This document shows, piece after piece, positions 10,277 through 20,362 of a stretch of DNA of 64,000 bases (its first letter is position 1; the number at the start of each line of letters is the position of its first letter). Location of the stretch: positions 3,712,001 through 3,776,000 of the forward strand of contig OY843751.1 in assembly GCA_963693055.1 (NCBI GenBank). Reading direction: 5' to 3'. A model generated the notes under the pieces. The model ran no database searches and was not told where the DNA came from. It saw nothing but the letters and a program-made list of their open reading frames with translations. The position numbers and the translations under genes were made by a program. The stretch comes from a bacterium. Its GTDB lineage: Bacteria; Zhuqueibacterota; Zhuqueibacteria; Residuimicrobiales; Krinioviventaceae.

Positions 10277-11644
10277 ATGGGAAAAGAAATGGATAATTCT
10301 ACAAAAATTTCCAGACGTACATTTGTAAATACGGCCGCGGCAAGCGCATTTGCTTTTCACTTTATTCCTGCCCGGTTGCTCGGCAAAGACGCCCCCAGTA
10401 ACAAACTCAACATAGCAGGTATTGGTGTGGGTGGAATGGGAAAAGGCAATCTTTCACGGTGTGAAAGTGAAAATATAATGGCATTATGCGATGTAGACAG
10501 CAGTTATGCCGCACCCATATTTGAAAAATACCCAAATGCTAAAACATATACCGATTACCGTGTAATGCTGGATAAAGAAAAAGATATTGATGCAGTAGTG
10601 ATTGCCACTCCAGACCATACACATGCAGTAATAACAATGGCCTGTATGGAAGCAGGAAAACATATCTATTGTCAAAAACCTCTTACACATACTGTATATG
10701 AAGCTCGAAAAATTACAGAAGCAGCTAGGAAATATGGCGTGCAGACCCAAATGGGCAACCAGGGACACTCGTCCGAACATATTCGGCTATTAAAAGAATG
10801 GCTGGCTGCTGGAGCAATTGGTAATGTGACAGAGGTACATGCCTGGACAGATCGCCCCGTAGGTGGAGATCCCTGGTCTACTTTTGCGGTCAAAGCCAGA
10901 TCAGAAGAAATTATACCTGTACCTGAATCACTAAATTGGGATCTATGGTTGGGCCCCGCAGCCAGTCGTCCCTATCATCCGGATTACCATCCGCTGTCAT
11001 GGCGTGCATGGCTTGATTTCGGAACCGGTGCTTTGGGAGATATGGGCTGCCATATTCTGGACCCGGCTTTCTGGGCCCTTGATTTAGGAGCACCAGATAC
11101 CATACAAGCAACCTCAACACACTGGCAGGACGATGTGAGCTCGGAAACCTTTCCTCGGGCTTCCATAGTCAGATTCCATTTCCCAGAAAAAAACAAAAGA
11201 CCACCGGTCAAGATCACCTGGTACGATGGTCGTTTAATGCCGCCAATGCCTGAAGAACTTGAAGATGACCGTGAGCTGCCGGGTAGCGGTGCGTTAATAA
11301 TCGGTGATGAAGGCAAAATATTACATGGTTCTCATGGCGCAGGTGCTATGCGTATAATACCTGAGAAAAAAATGAAGGCTTATAATCCGCCTCCTAAAAC
11401 GCTGCCAAGAGTAGAAGGCACACACGAAGGTGACTGGATCAGAGCATGTAAGGATGGAAAACCCGCCAGCTCAACATTTGATTATGGTGGTCCGTTAACT
11501 GAAATGGCATTATTGGGAATGATTGCAATTCGTATGAAAAACAAAATATTGAAATGGGATACCCAAAATCTCAGATTTACTAACAATGATGAAGCAAACA
11601 AGCTTTTGCATATCGATTATCGAGAAGGTTGGAAAAAAATCTAG
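10277..11644 (+). CDS. Tat-exported Gfo/Idh/MocA oxidoreductase
   Basis: SRRTFV twin-Arg signal; GIGVGGMG, ATPDHTH, CQKP, GALGDMGCH motifs. Confidence 0.9.
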   Translation: MGKEMDNSTKISRRTFVNTAAASAFAFHFIPARLLGKDAPSNKLNIAGIGVGGMGKGNLSRCESENIMALCDVDSSYAAPIFEKYPNAKTYTDYRVMLDKEKDIDAVVIATPDHTHAVITMACMEAGKHIYCQKPLTHTVYEARKITEAARKYGVQTQMGNQGHSSEHIRLLKEWLAAGAIGNVTEVHAWTDRPVGGDPWSTFAVKARSEEIIPVPESLNWDLWLGPAASRPYHPDYHPLSWRAWLDFGTGALGDMGCHILDPAFWALDLGAPDTIQATSTHWQDDVSSETFPRASIVRFHFPEKNKRPPVKITWYDGRLMPPMPEELEDDRELPGSGALIIGDEGKILHGSHGAGAMRIIPEKKMKAYNPPPKTLPRVEGTHEGDWIRACKDGKPASSTFDYGGPLTEMALLGMIAIRMKNKILKWDTQNLRFTNNDEANKLLHIDYREGWKKI

Positions 11645-11684
11645 TTACTATTATTCCCCCATTTAAAAAAAATCAAGTTTTAAT

Positions 11685-11721
11685 AAAAAAAAAGCCCTGC
11701 CGGTTAAACCGACAGGGCTTT
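11685..11721 (-). terminator. Intrinsic terminator between convergent genes
   Basis: AAAGCCCTG...CAGGGCTTT stem with a 9-A tract on the left (U tract on the minus strand). Confidence 0.8.
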
Positions 11722-11739
11722 AATAATATTAATAGGTTA

Positions 11740-14700
11740 TTATTTTGTCAAAACCGCTTTTTTGATTTGGGTAAAATCACCAGCGGTAATTTTGTAGAAA
11801 TAAACACCTGAACCATAATTTACTGCATTCCATGCAATTGTATGGTAACCAGCATTCTGGAAACCATCCATCAAGGTAGCAATTTCCTGACCCAGTGCAT
11901 TGTGAACGGTAACAGTAACATGGCTGGCATTTGGCAGACCATATTTAATTGATGTTACCGGGTTGAACGGGTTAGGATAATTCTGGCTCAGTGAATAAAC
12001 AGTAGGTACTGCTTCTGCTTCTGTAATAGCATCCGGGAAAGTAACCGAAACGCTATAGGTTTCAGAAGACCAGGTACCATCGGAGTATTCATCTACTGCT
12101 TTGACTTTCCAATAATAAGTCTTGTTGCGTTCGAGGGCAGCCCATGTGAATGTGGTTTCAGTCAATCCACTCTGAGTCATTGGGCTTGTGAATTCAGCAT
12201 CTTCTGACAAATACAAGGTATAAGTCATGTTACCACCCAATTCAGAGTTGGTTGTTGGTTCCCATATGAATTGAACGGTGTTTTCGGTAACAGTTGTATC
12301 ATCAGCAGGTGAAGTCAAAGAGAATTCTGCCGGTGGCAAAACTTCAATCATAAATGAGAATGTTTCTGTTGATTCAGTACCTTCGGTATTGGTATCAACA
12401 GCTTTGACTTTCCAGTAAACAGTACTATTCAAAATATATTCAGCATAATCTGCAAGAATTGCTGCAGGATCCCAGGTATATTCAGAATCTTCCAGGCCTT
12501 CCATTGCAATGGTCAACAAGGGGGCGAAAGAAGGATCAACAGAAACATACAGATTATAAGTTACAGCATCACCAGGATCATCATCATATGCATCTTCCCA
12601 GTCAAATGTTACATCTGCAGTACTGTAAACTGCTTCGTCTTCAGGAGTCAGCAATGAGAAAGCCATGGGCGGGAATACCGGTACAAAAACCTGACCCAGG
12701 AATGGATCATAATCTACACGGTCAGAAACCGGAGAACCAGCACCAGGACCATTACCAGCAGGACCAGAAGCATGTCCCCACCAGTTGTTTTCAGCATTAA
12801 TTTCGAGTACCTGTGATTCATTCAAAACACCAAACAAGGTACTTCCAACGATGTTATTATAATTAATAACCGGTTGGCCTTCTAATCTTGCATATACACC
12901 ACGTTTTGCCCCAAGAAGATCATTGTACATAACCGTGGGAGAACCACCATAACAGAATACATTGCTTTCAAGGTTGTTCTGGAAAACATTTGCTTCAAGG
13001 AAAGCATGTTGATTAACCTGAACACCATTGGTTGCGTATTCAATGGTACAACGTCTCAGTTTTGAAGAATCATCAGCAGCATCATCAAAAATGATTGCGC
13101 CCCATTCACCAGCTTTAGGATCGAAATCGTTAGAAGAGGTAAAGGTTGCACCCATAGCTACCAATTTACCGGTAGGATCATCAACCTGAACTTTATTTGC
13201 ACCAGTACCTGCTGCATTCAAAGCGCCATTCAATTGAGAACCTACAACCAGATCAGCTTCTTTATTAAAAGTAACAACAACACCTGGTTCAATGGTCAAA
13301 GTTGGCATATCTACAGCATCTTCAACAAATACATCGTCAAAGATATAATAGTTAACGCCCAGTTCGCTCCAAACAGCATCAGTAGAGATAAATCCTCTAA
13401 AGATGTAAATTGCGTTGAAACGGTTATCTGCATAAGTATTTCCAGTCACAAATTGTGCCTGATCTGGATGTAATTGAATTACATATTTATTATTATTGGT
13501 AAATTCATTACCAGATACCATAATTTCAGCATTTACGTTTTTAACACTGATAACATCAGAATTGATGTTTGTTAATGTACTGTTCAGAACATCAAGTTCG
13601 CCAACTGCGCTAGCTTCATAGAAAACGCCGGTGAACATGGTGTCAAAAGTACTACCATCAACATACACATCTGACATGCCTTCAGCATAAATACCACTCT
13701 GGAGAATGTTGCTAAAAGTAGTACCAGATACAGAAACGTCATTATTGTGTATTAACAAACCATCAGTTGCATATTCAATGGTACAACCATCAAGTGCACA
13801 GTCATCTGATGCATTATCGAAAAAGTAGATACCTTCCCAATCATCAGCAGTCTGACCTGAAAGTTTATAAGAGGTAAACTTGGTATCAGTTGCGGTCAAT
13901 TTTCCGGAATTGGCTGCTGTTTCAGAACCAACCCATAACTGAACGCCATCAAAAAAGCTCAAAGTAGCATCAGGACCGATTGCCAAAGCAGCTTCCGCAC
14001 CATTACCAGCAACAGTAATATCGCCAGCAATAAGATATTCAAGTTCAGATTCAGGCCATGAAGAGTTAACACTCATGGTACCAGGTCTTACACGAATTCT
14101 GTTATATTCAGGAGCATTATCAGAAGCGGAAGAACCTGACATTGAACCAACCTGATTCGGATACAGACTGGCTGCATAATCAACAAGGTTGGTAAAAGTA
14201 TTATCAGTAATAACCGGAGCAGCTCCAGCACTTTCAACGTTAATAGCAATATCGCCAAGGCTATCAAAAGTGTTACCGGTAATTACAGGAGCGGCAGTAC
14301 ATTTAAAATCTACTAGAATACCTACAGGGGTATTTGAAAAAGTATTGCCACTAAAAGTAGGAGCTGAATTTTTAGCAACAAAAGCTCCATTGTCTTTAAT
14401 ATTATTAAAAGTATTACCTGTCAAAGTGGGTGAAGAACCACTAACAGTAATACCAGTTTCAGCATATTCTACAGTACATCCTTCCATTGCAGAAGAAGCA
14501 TCAGCGGTAGAATCAAAGATAACTGAATACCAGTCGCCGGCAGCTTTGCCGGTAACTTTGCGTGATGTCAAAGTAGCACCAGTAGCCATCAATGTACCAG
14601 GATTTCCACCAACAGGTTCACCAACCCAAATAGCAGAGCCTGTTGAGAAAGTCAATGTAGCACCATCTGAAATAGTCAATACTGGATTGTCTGCACCACG

Positions 14701-16320
14701 TACATACAAATCATTAGAAATATAATATGGAATATCTGTTTCAGTCCAGCTACCTGTTTCAGAAAGGTCACCGGCTTTAACACGAAGCATATTAAATTCT
14801 GCAACGTTATCTGAACCTGTACTTCCTGACAAATTGGTAACCTGATTTGGAAACAAATCTACAAGGAATTTTTTATTGTTATTAAATGTGTTATCACTAA
14901 TTACCGGCATTGAATTAGCACTTTCAATCTTGACGGTAATATCAGTACAATTTTCAATTGTATTACCAGAAATGGTAGGACTACCGGTAGCAAATTGATC
15001 TACCCAAACAGCAACAGGAACTGTATCAATAGAGTTGCCAGAGATTGTGGGAGACGCGCTTCCGGTTACCAGCACTGCAATTTCCATAATATTGGAAACA
15101 TTATTATTACTGAATGTTGGACTTGCATCTACTGTGAACAATGCATTTTCACAATTTTCAATGGTACAATTATCAACAACAGATGAAGGATCTGATGATA
15201 CATCAAAATGCAATGCATACCACCAACCTACAGGTATTAAAGCATCAGTTGTATTATCTCCTGTTTTCTGAACCAGTGGGGCAGATTCTTCAAAACCAAC
15301 TTCATTAAATGAAGTCAAAGTAGCGCCAGAAGCCATCAACTTTGCAGGTTCGTTTACATTAGCTGTACCAACATACAAACCTTTATGTTCTTCAAATAAC
15401 AACTGAACACCGTCTTCAATAGTCAAAGTAACCAATGTACCCGCATTACCTTTAACAAAAATATTACTGGAAATCAAAAATGGAATTTGATCTTCACTCC
15501 AGGTAGCATCCTGCAATACATCGCCTCCAGCAACATAGATCATGCTGCGGGTAGGATCAGCACTGGAACCTGTGTTTCCCCAAATACCACCCATTGTTGT
15601 TGGATATACAAACATAACATAATGAGAAGCAGTTGTAATATTGTTATTATAGATTTGAGGGGTAGCAACTTTACTTTCAACATTAATACCAAACTCTATG
15701 CTGTTTTCAACAGTATTGTTTGAAAAATCAATAGAGCCGGTACTTTTATCAACAACAAATAATGCAGATTTAACACCTTGAAAAGTATTTCCCTGAACAA
15801 CAGCATCAGATTCACCAACTACATTTACACCATAATTGACAAAATCGCTGATTGTAGAATTTTGAACCGTGGGACTAGCATCAGTGAGGAAAATACCAGT
15901 AACACCTGTTTGAATTACACAATTGTCTAAAATTGATGAATCATCTGACCAGGCTTCAAAATAAATTGAACGCCAGCGATATTCTGCTTTTGTATCATCC
16001 CAGTATGCTTCAAATGTAATGGGATTTTCAGCAGTACCTTGTGCAACAATTTTACCATCTGTTACACCTGCGTTATAAGAACCAATATAAAGTGCAGTGT
16101 TGGGGAAAAATTTAACCTCTACACCCGGTTCAATGGTTAATGTAGCCAGACTATTTCCGCCCGAGATTGTCACATTGCTTTTGACAACATAGGGGCTGCC
16201 GGCAAGATCCCAAACGGTATCTGTACTTATCGTACCGCTGACATCAGTAGCAAGAACTGCCGTTGTGCAACAAAGTGCCATGATGGCAATAAATCCTGCC
16301 AGTCGTAAAAAAGATCTCAT
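11740..16320 (-). CDS. Large secreted parallel beta-helix repeat protein with two FN3-like modules and a FlgD/T9SS-type C-terminal sorting domain
   Basis: Signal peptide from MRSFLRLAG (GGAGG RBS); five ~240-aa repeats; NAENNWWG; YWKVKAVD twice; C-terminal LSQNYPNPFNP...SGVYFYKI...KKAVLTK. Confidence 0.85.
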   Translation of the reverse strand: MRSFLRLAGFIAIMALCCTTAVLATDVSGTISTDTVWDLAGSPYVVKSNVTISGGNSLATLTIEPGVEVKFFPNTALYIGSYNAGVTDGKIVAQGTAENPITFEAYWDDTKAEYRWRSIYFEAWSDDSSILDNCVIQTGVTGIFLTDASPTVQNSTISDFVNYGVNVVGESDAVVQGNTFQGVKSALFVVDKSTGSIDFSNNTVENSIEFGINVESKVATPQIYNNNITTASHYVMFVYPTTMGGIWGNTGSSADPTRSMIYVAGGDVLQDATWSEDQIPFLISSNIFVKGNAGTLVTLTIEDGVQLLFEEHKGLYVGTANVNEPAKLMASGATLTSFNEVGFEESAPLVQKTGDNTTDALIPVGWWYALHFDVSSDPSSVVDNCTIENCENALFTVDASPTFSNNNVSNIMEIAVLVTGSASPTISGNSIDTVPVAVWVDQFATGSPTISGNTIENCTDITVKIESANSMPVISDNTFNNNKKFLVDLFPNQVTNLSGSTGSDNVAEFNMLRVKAGDLSETGSWTETDIPYYISNDLYVRGADNPVLTISDGATLTFSTGSAIWVGEPVGGNPGTLMATGATLTSRKVTGKAAGDWYSVIFDSTADASSAMEGCTVEYAETGITVSGSSPTLTGNTFNNIKDNGAFVAKNSAPTFSGNTFSNTPVGILVDFKCTAAPVITGNTFDSLGDIAINVESAGAAPVITDNTFTNLVDYAASLYPNQVGSMSGSSASDNAPEYNRIRVRPGTMSVNSSWPESELEYLIAGDITVAGNGAEAALAIGPDATLSFFDGVQLWVGSETAANSGKLTATDTKFTSYKLSGQTADDWEGIYFFDNASDDCALDGCTIEYATDGLLIHNNDVSVSGTTFSNILQSGIYAEGMSDVYVDGSTFDTMFTGVFYEASAVGELDVLNSTLTNINSDVISVKNVNAEIMVSGNEFTNNNKYVIQLHPDQAQFVTGNTYADNRFNAIYIFRGFISTDAVWSELGVNYYIFDDVFVEDAVDMPTLTIEPGVVVTFNKEADLVVGSQLNGALNAAGTGANKVQVDDPTGKLVAMGATFTSSNDFDPKAGEWGAIIFDDAADDSSKLRRCTIEYATNGVQVNQHAFLEANVFQNNLESNVFCYGGSPTVMYNDLLGAKRGVYARLEGQPVINYNNIVGSTLFGVLNESQVLEINAENNWWGHASGPAGNGPGAGSPVSDRVDYDPFLGQVFVPVFPPMAFSLLTPEDEAVYSTADVTFDWEDAYDDDPGDAVTYNLYVSVDPSFAPLLTIAMEGLEDSEYTWDPAAILADYAEYILNSTVYWKVKAVDTNTEGTESTETFSFMIEVLPPAEFSLTSPADDTTVTENTVQFIWEPTTNSELGGNMTYTLYLSEDAEFTSPMTQSGLTETTFTWAALERNKTYYWKVKAVDEYSDGTWSSETYSVSVTFPDAITEAEAVPTVYSLSQNYPNPFNPVTSIKYGLPNASHVTVTVHNALGQEIATLMDGFQNAGYHTIAWNAVNYGSGVYFYKITAGDFTQIKKAVLTK

Positions 16321-16564
16321 TCTTGATCCCTCCAATTTAATTAAAGGTTTTTTAAGTGTTTTCATGTTTTGAGTGCCTGCCCGTAAAGGGCATTTGGGAA
16401 TAAGGTCCTATTATTCTTTATTATAACCCATTTTTATATTTTTATATTCCATACTAAAAATACCAAACTCATATCATTTAAAAATGGTAAAACTAAAAGA
16501 AAAACATGGTAATGTAGAAACTTTGGCAGGTATATAATTGCAATATACGCATACAAAGGTAATC

Positions 16565-16579
16565 GCAATTTCCATACCA
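16565..16579 (-). promoter_or_regulatory. Candidate sigma54 (-24/-12) promoter for the beta-helix gene
   Basis: TGGTATGGAAATTGC (GG-N10-GC); imperfect palindrome GTTAC-N6-GTCAC at 16706-16721, about 130 bp upstream. Confidence 0.5.
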
Positions 16580-17028
16580 CAAAATCCAATAAAAAAGAAA
16601 CCCCACACAACCCAGTAAACCCAATAAAAACAATGAAAGAAGATTTACATCTGTTGTTTCAGGTATTAACTCAGGAAAAATTTGCGCAGTCAATACCTTT
16701 TTTTCGTTACAATTATGTCACAGTAAATACAACAAATTATTTCTGGTATTGCAATTCTCTATTTACAGGCAGATATTCGATACATAACAAGTATAATCAA
16801 CGCTCATGTTAACTGTATAAAATACTGGTAACTATAACTAGAAATTACTAAAATTAAACTTTATAAACAATCATTATTTATTACAAAATCTTGAGAAATA
16901 ATCACAAATACGTTTATATTTACGATCTTAAAATTTTTAGAATTTTCATTGATTATAATAAGAACATTCTTAATTTATTATTGCTGTTTTTCTTGAATTC
17001 TTGATTAAAAAAAACAATCCGTTTTGAC

Positions 17029-17044
17029 AGGCATTGAATTTGCA
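17029..17044 (+). promoter_or_regulatory. Candidate sigma54 promoter for ppk2
   Basis: AGGCATTGAATTTGCA (GG-N10-GC), about 33 bp before the ATG, with an AAGGA RBS in between. Confidence 0.4.
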
Positions 17045-17076
17045 TCAAAAGCAATAACCAATTGAAAGGATATGCC

Positions 17077-17880
17077 ATGGAATCTAATGTACCAGCTCCA
17101 AAAGATAAGCTCAAGAAAAAATTTTATGAAAATGAACTGCTGAATCTTCAGATTGAACTGGTAAAACTTCAGGAATGGATTAAGCAGAAAAAGCTCAAGG
17201 TTGTGGTTATTTTTGAAGGGCGTGATGCAGCCGGTAAAGGAGGAGTAATCAAACGCATTACTCAATCTCTAAATCCCAGGATCTGTCGCGTGGTTGCACT
17301 GGGCGTTCCCACTGAAAAAGAAAAATCACAATGGTATTTTCAGCGTTATGTCCCACATCTTCCCGCAGCCGGAGAAATGGTATTATTTGATCGCAGTTGG
17401 TACAACCGTGCAGGGGTTGAACATGTCATGGGTTATTGTACCGAAGAAGAATACCGCGAGTTTCTGCGCACTTGCCCCGAGTTTGAACGTATGCTGGTTC
17501 GGTCAGGAATTACATTGATTAAATATTGGTTTTCAGTAAGTGATGATGTACAAGAAAAACGTTTCCAATCCAGAAATGAAGATCCAACCAAACGCTGGAA
17601 ACTCAGTCCCATGGATCTAAAATCCAGAGATATGTGGCTGGAATATTCAAAAGCCAAAGACCAGATGTTTGATTATACCGACATTAAACAGGCTCCCTGG
17701 TGGGTGGTTAACGCGGACGATAAAAAACGCGCACGTCTGAACTGTATTAGCCATTTGCTGAGCATGATAGATTATCAAGATCTTACGCCTGGGCCTATTG
17801 ACTTGAAGGCCCGTAAAAAAGATACCGGATATATTCGTCCACCTATCACGGATCAGACTTTTATACCGGATAAATATTAA
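17077..17880 (+). CDS. ppk2: Polyphosphate kinase 2
   Basis: FEGRDAAGKGG, FDRSWYNRAGVE, RWKLSPMD, DDKKRARLN motifs. Confidence 0.95.
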   Translation: MESNVPAPKDKLKKKFYENELLNLQIELVKLQEWIKQKKLKVVVIFEGRDAAGKGGVIKRITQSLNPRICRVVALGVPTEKEKSQWYFQRYVPHLPAAGEMVLFDRSWYNRAGVEHVMGYCTEEEYREFLRTCPEFERMLVRSGITLIKYWFSVSDDVQEKRFQSRNEDPTKRWKLSPMDLKSRDMWLEYSKAKDQMFDYTDIKQAPWWVVNADDKKRARLNCISHLLSMIDYQDLTPGPIDLKARKKDTGYIRPPITDQTFIPDKY

Positions 17881-17903
17881 GCGATTAGAACAGCGGTTAA
17901 ATT

Positions 17904-19862
17904 ATGCACGAGATACCCTATCTTAAAGATGTAGTCATATTGTTCGGAACTGCCCTGGTTATGCTGGCAATTTGTAACCGGTTCCGTATTCCATCTATTA
18001 TTGGCTTTTTGTTTACCGGCTTGTTAACAGGTCCATCCACTCTTGGATGGATCAAAGACTCGCATCATATTGAAATCTTTGCCGAGCTGGGTGTTGTTTT
18101 TCTCTTGTTCATCATTGGTTTAGAGCTGCATTTTGAACGACTCAAAAAGCTGATAAAACCCATGCTGGTTGGTGGCAGTCTACAGGCAGCGCTAACGTTG
18201 CTGGCGATTATAACTGCAGCTTGGGGATTAGGGTTTGGTACCAAAACCGGTTTCTTTTGGGGAATGGTTATCACCCTTAGCAGCACCGCTATTGTGCTTA
18301 CTTTATACCAGGAACGTAATGAAATTGAAACTCCTCACGGACAAACAGCATTGGGAATTTTGCTGTTCCAGGATTTTTTAATTGTACCCTTTATTCTCAT
18401 CGTACCCATTTTGGGCGGCTCCATGGATGGAACCGGACTCCAAATCGCTTTCCGGTTTGGCGGTGGTTTGCTGCTTATTGGAGCAATGCTGGTGTTGGGT
18501 CGATTTGTACTTCCCCATCTATTACACCTGATTGTTCTTACACGTGTGCGTGAGCTCCTGGTATTGGGCGCATTGTTCATTTGCCTGGGTGCAGCATTGG
18601 CAACTGAAGCGGCAGGTTTTTCACTTGCCCTCGGTGCTTTTCTTGCAGGTATTTTGATTTCCGAGAGCGACTATCACTACCAAATTGAAAGCGAGATTAC
18701 CCCCTTCAGGGACGTATTTAACAGCGTCTTTTTTATATCTATTGGTATGCTGATCAATATAAAATTTTTTATCTCTCACTGGCAAACCGTATTAATCATA
18801 GCGGGCACAGCACTGGTAATAAAAACCATAATCCTGCTTGTTGTCACATCACTCCTATTTATTCCCTGGCGAACAAAATTCATTGCATCTACAAGTCTTG
18901 CGCAGATTGGAGAATTTTCATTTATTCTTATCAGCACAGGCTATTTTTACAAACTGATCCCTTATGACCATTACCAATACGCCATATCAGTCACTGTTTT
19001 GACCATGCTGCTCACACCGGTTTTAATTTCAACCGCACCACTACTTTTCAGAGTATCCCAAAAATCTATTGCTATCTCTAAAGAAACCGATCTGTCAGGC
19101 CATATAATTATTTCCGGACACGGGTTGACGGGCCAGCATCTGGTCAGGGTTTTACAAAGCGCAAATATTCCTTACATTGTTACTGAAATAAACGGCCAAA
19201 AGGTAAAGCAAAATAAAAAACTGGGAACGAATATCATTTATGGAGATTCCTCAAAAAGAACCATTTTGGAAAAATGTGGTATCAACTCAGCCAGCGTATT
19301 GGTTACTGCCATATCTGATCCCTATGCATTACGACAGACTATAAAACTTGCACGACAAATAAACCCGGATATTTTTATTATCGCACGCAGTAACCGTTTG
19401 GACGAGATACAGGAACTTGTGGAATTTGGTGCCAGCCATGTCATTGCGCAGGAATTTGAATCTTCAATAGAAATTGTTACCAATGTGCTTGAACGGTTGC
19501 ATATGCCGCAAAACATAATCCGTATGGAAGAAAAAATATTAAGGCAAGATGGATACCAAATGCTCCGTCAACCGGCTACAACCTCTTATGGAATTTCAGA
19601 TAAAATCATGGATCTGCTGGCCGAAGGTGTTACAACAACCTTTATGGTATTGGAGACCCATTATGCGGTAAATAAAAAGATAAGTGATCTGGATTTACGT
19701 AAGCAAACCGGGGCAACCATACTGGCGGTGATGCGGGGTGACAAGCCGAATAAAAATCCGGCCCCTGATTTAGAGCTATCAAGTGGAGATGTATTAATAT
19801 TAACTGGCGCACATGCAGAAATTGACAATGCATTTGCATGGCTTGAAAAAGGTGGAAACTAG
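17904..19862 (+). CDS. Kef-type K+/H+ antiporter (CPA2) with TrkA-N and TrkA-C domains
   Basis: About 13 TM segments, LSSTAIV, LFQD, LAQIGEFSF; C-terminal RCK domains. Confidence 0.9.
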   Translation: MHEIPYLKDVVILFGTALVMLAICNRFRIPSIIGFLFTGLLTGPSTLGWIKDSHHIEIFAELGVVFLLFIIGLELHFERLKKLIKPMLVGGSLQAALTLLAIITAAWGLGFGTKTGFFWGMVITLSSTAIVLTLYQERNEIETPHGQTALGILLFQDFLIVPFILIVPILGGSMDGTGLQIAFRFGGGLLLIGAMLVLGRFVLPHLLHLIVLTRVRELLVLGALFICLGAALATEAAGFSLALGAFLAGILISESDYHYQIESEITPFRDVFNSVFFISIGMLINIKFFISHWQTVLIIAGTALVIKTIILLVVTSLLFIPWRTKFIASTSLAQIGEFSFILISTGYFYKLIPYDHYQYAISVTVLTMLLTPVLISTAPLLFRVSQKSIAISKETDLSGHIIISGHGLTGQHLVRVLQSANIPYIVTEINGQKVKQNKKLGTNIIYGDSSKRTILEKCGINSASVLVTAISDPYALRQTIKLARQINPDIFIIARSNRLDEIQELVEFGASHVIAQEFESSIEIVTNVLERLHMPQNIIRMEEKILRQDGYQMLRQPATTSYGISDKIMDLLAEGVTTTFMVLETHYAVNKKISDLDLRKQTGATILAVMRGDKPNKNPAPDLELSSGDVLILTGAHAEIDNAFAWLEKGGN

Positions 19863-19884
19863 CAATAATAGAACATTTTTCTTT

Positions 19885-20322
19885 TCACCCAATCTTACCT
19901 TTAAGTTTATTCCATAATCCCTTGCCCAACATTCGGTCAGCGGTATTTAATATCCTTTGAATCACTTCCAGGACATCATCATCTCCTGGCCAATGCTCAT
20001 GAATGATCTCGGGATCAGTATAATTGACCAGACCATTCAACACATAAGCCGCTAAAGCGATATCATCCGTAAACGCTGCCGGACCGAAAATAGCTTCCGG
20101 TAACAAATCGATGGGTGATATGAAATATGCCAACGCAGCCAATAATTTCACTTTTTCAGATTTGGGAACGCGTTCATCTTGCGAAAGCTTCCACATCAGG
20201 TAAAACAAATCGGGTGCCCATATCAGATATTTACTCCACTCATTGTTTTGACCGTCTTTACTGTCTAACCAGGCTTGCAGTTTATTGCGAAGTTTTTTAT
20301 AAAAACCAGCTTCTTTATTCAA
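19885..20322 (-). CDS. YkvA/DUF1232 family protein
   Basis: ALAYFISPIDLLPE...FTDD motif. Confidence 0.85.
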   Translation of the reverse strand: MNKEAGFYKKLRNKLQAWLDSKDGQNNEWSKYLIWAPDLFYLMWKLSQDERVPKSEKVKLLAALAYFISPIDLLPEAIFGPAAFTDDIALAAYVLNGLVNYTDPEIIHEHWPGDDDVLEVIQRILNTADRMLGKGLWNKLKGKIG

Positions 20323-20362
20323 TTTTTTATATTCCTGTTAACCTTGTAGTATGTTAAAATGT

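Noticed and set aside
16493-16693. 66-aa hydrophobic ORF
   Set aside because: TTG start, low-complexity T/G-rich sequence, and it overlaps the candidate sigma54 promoter; probably regulatory DNA.
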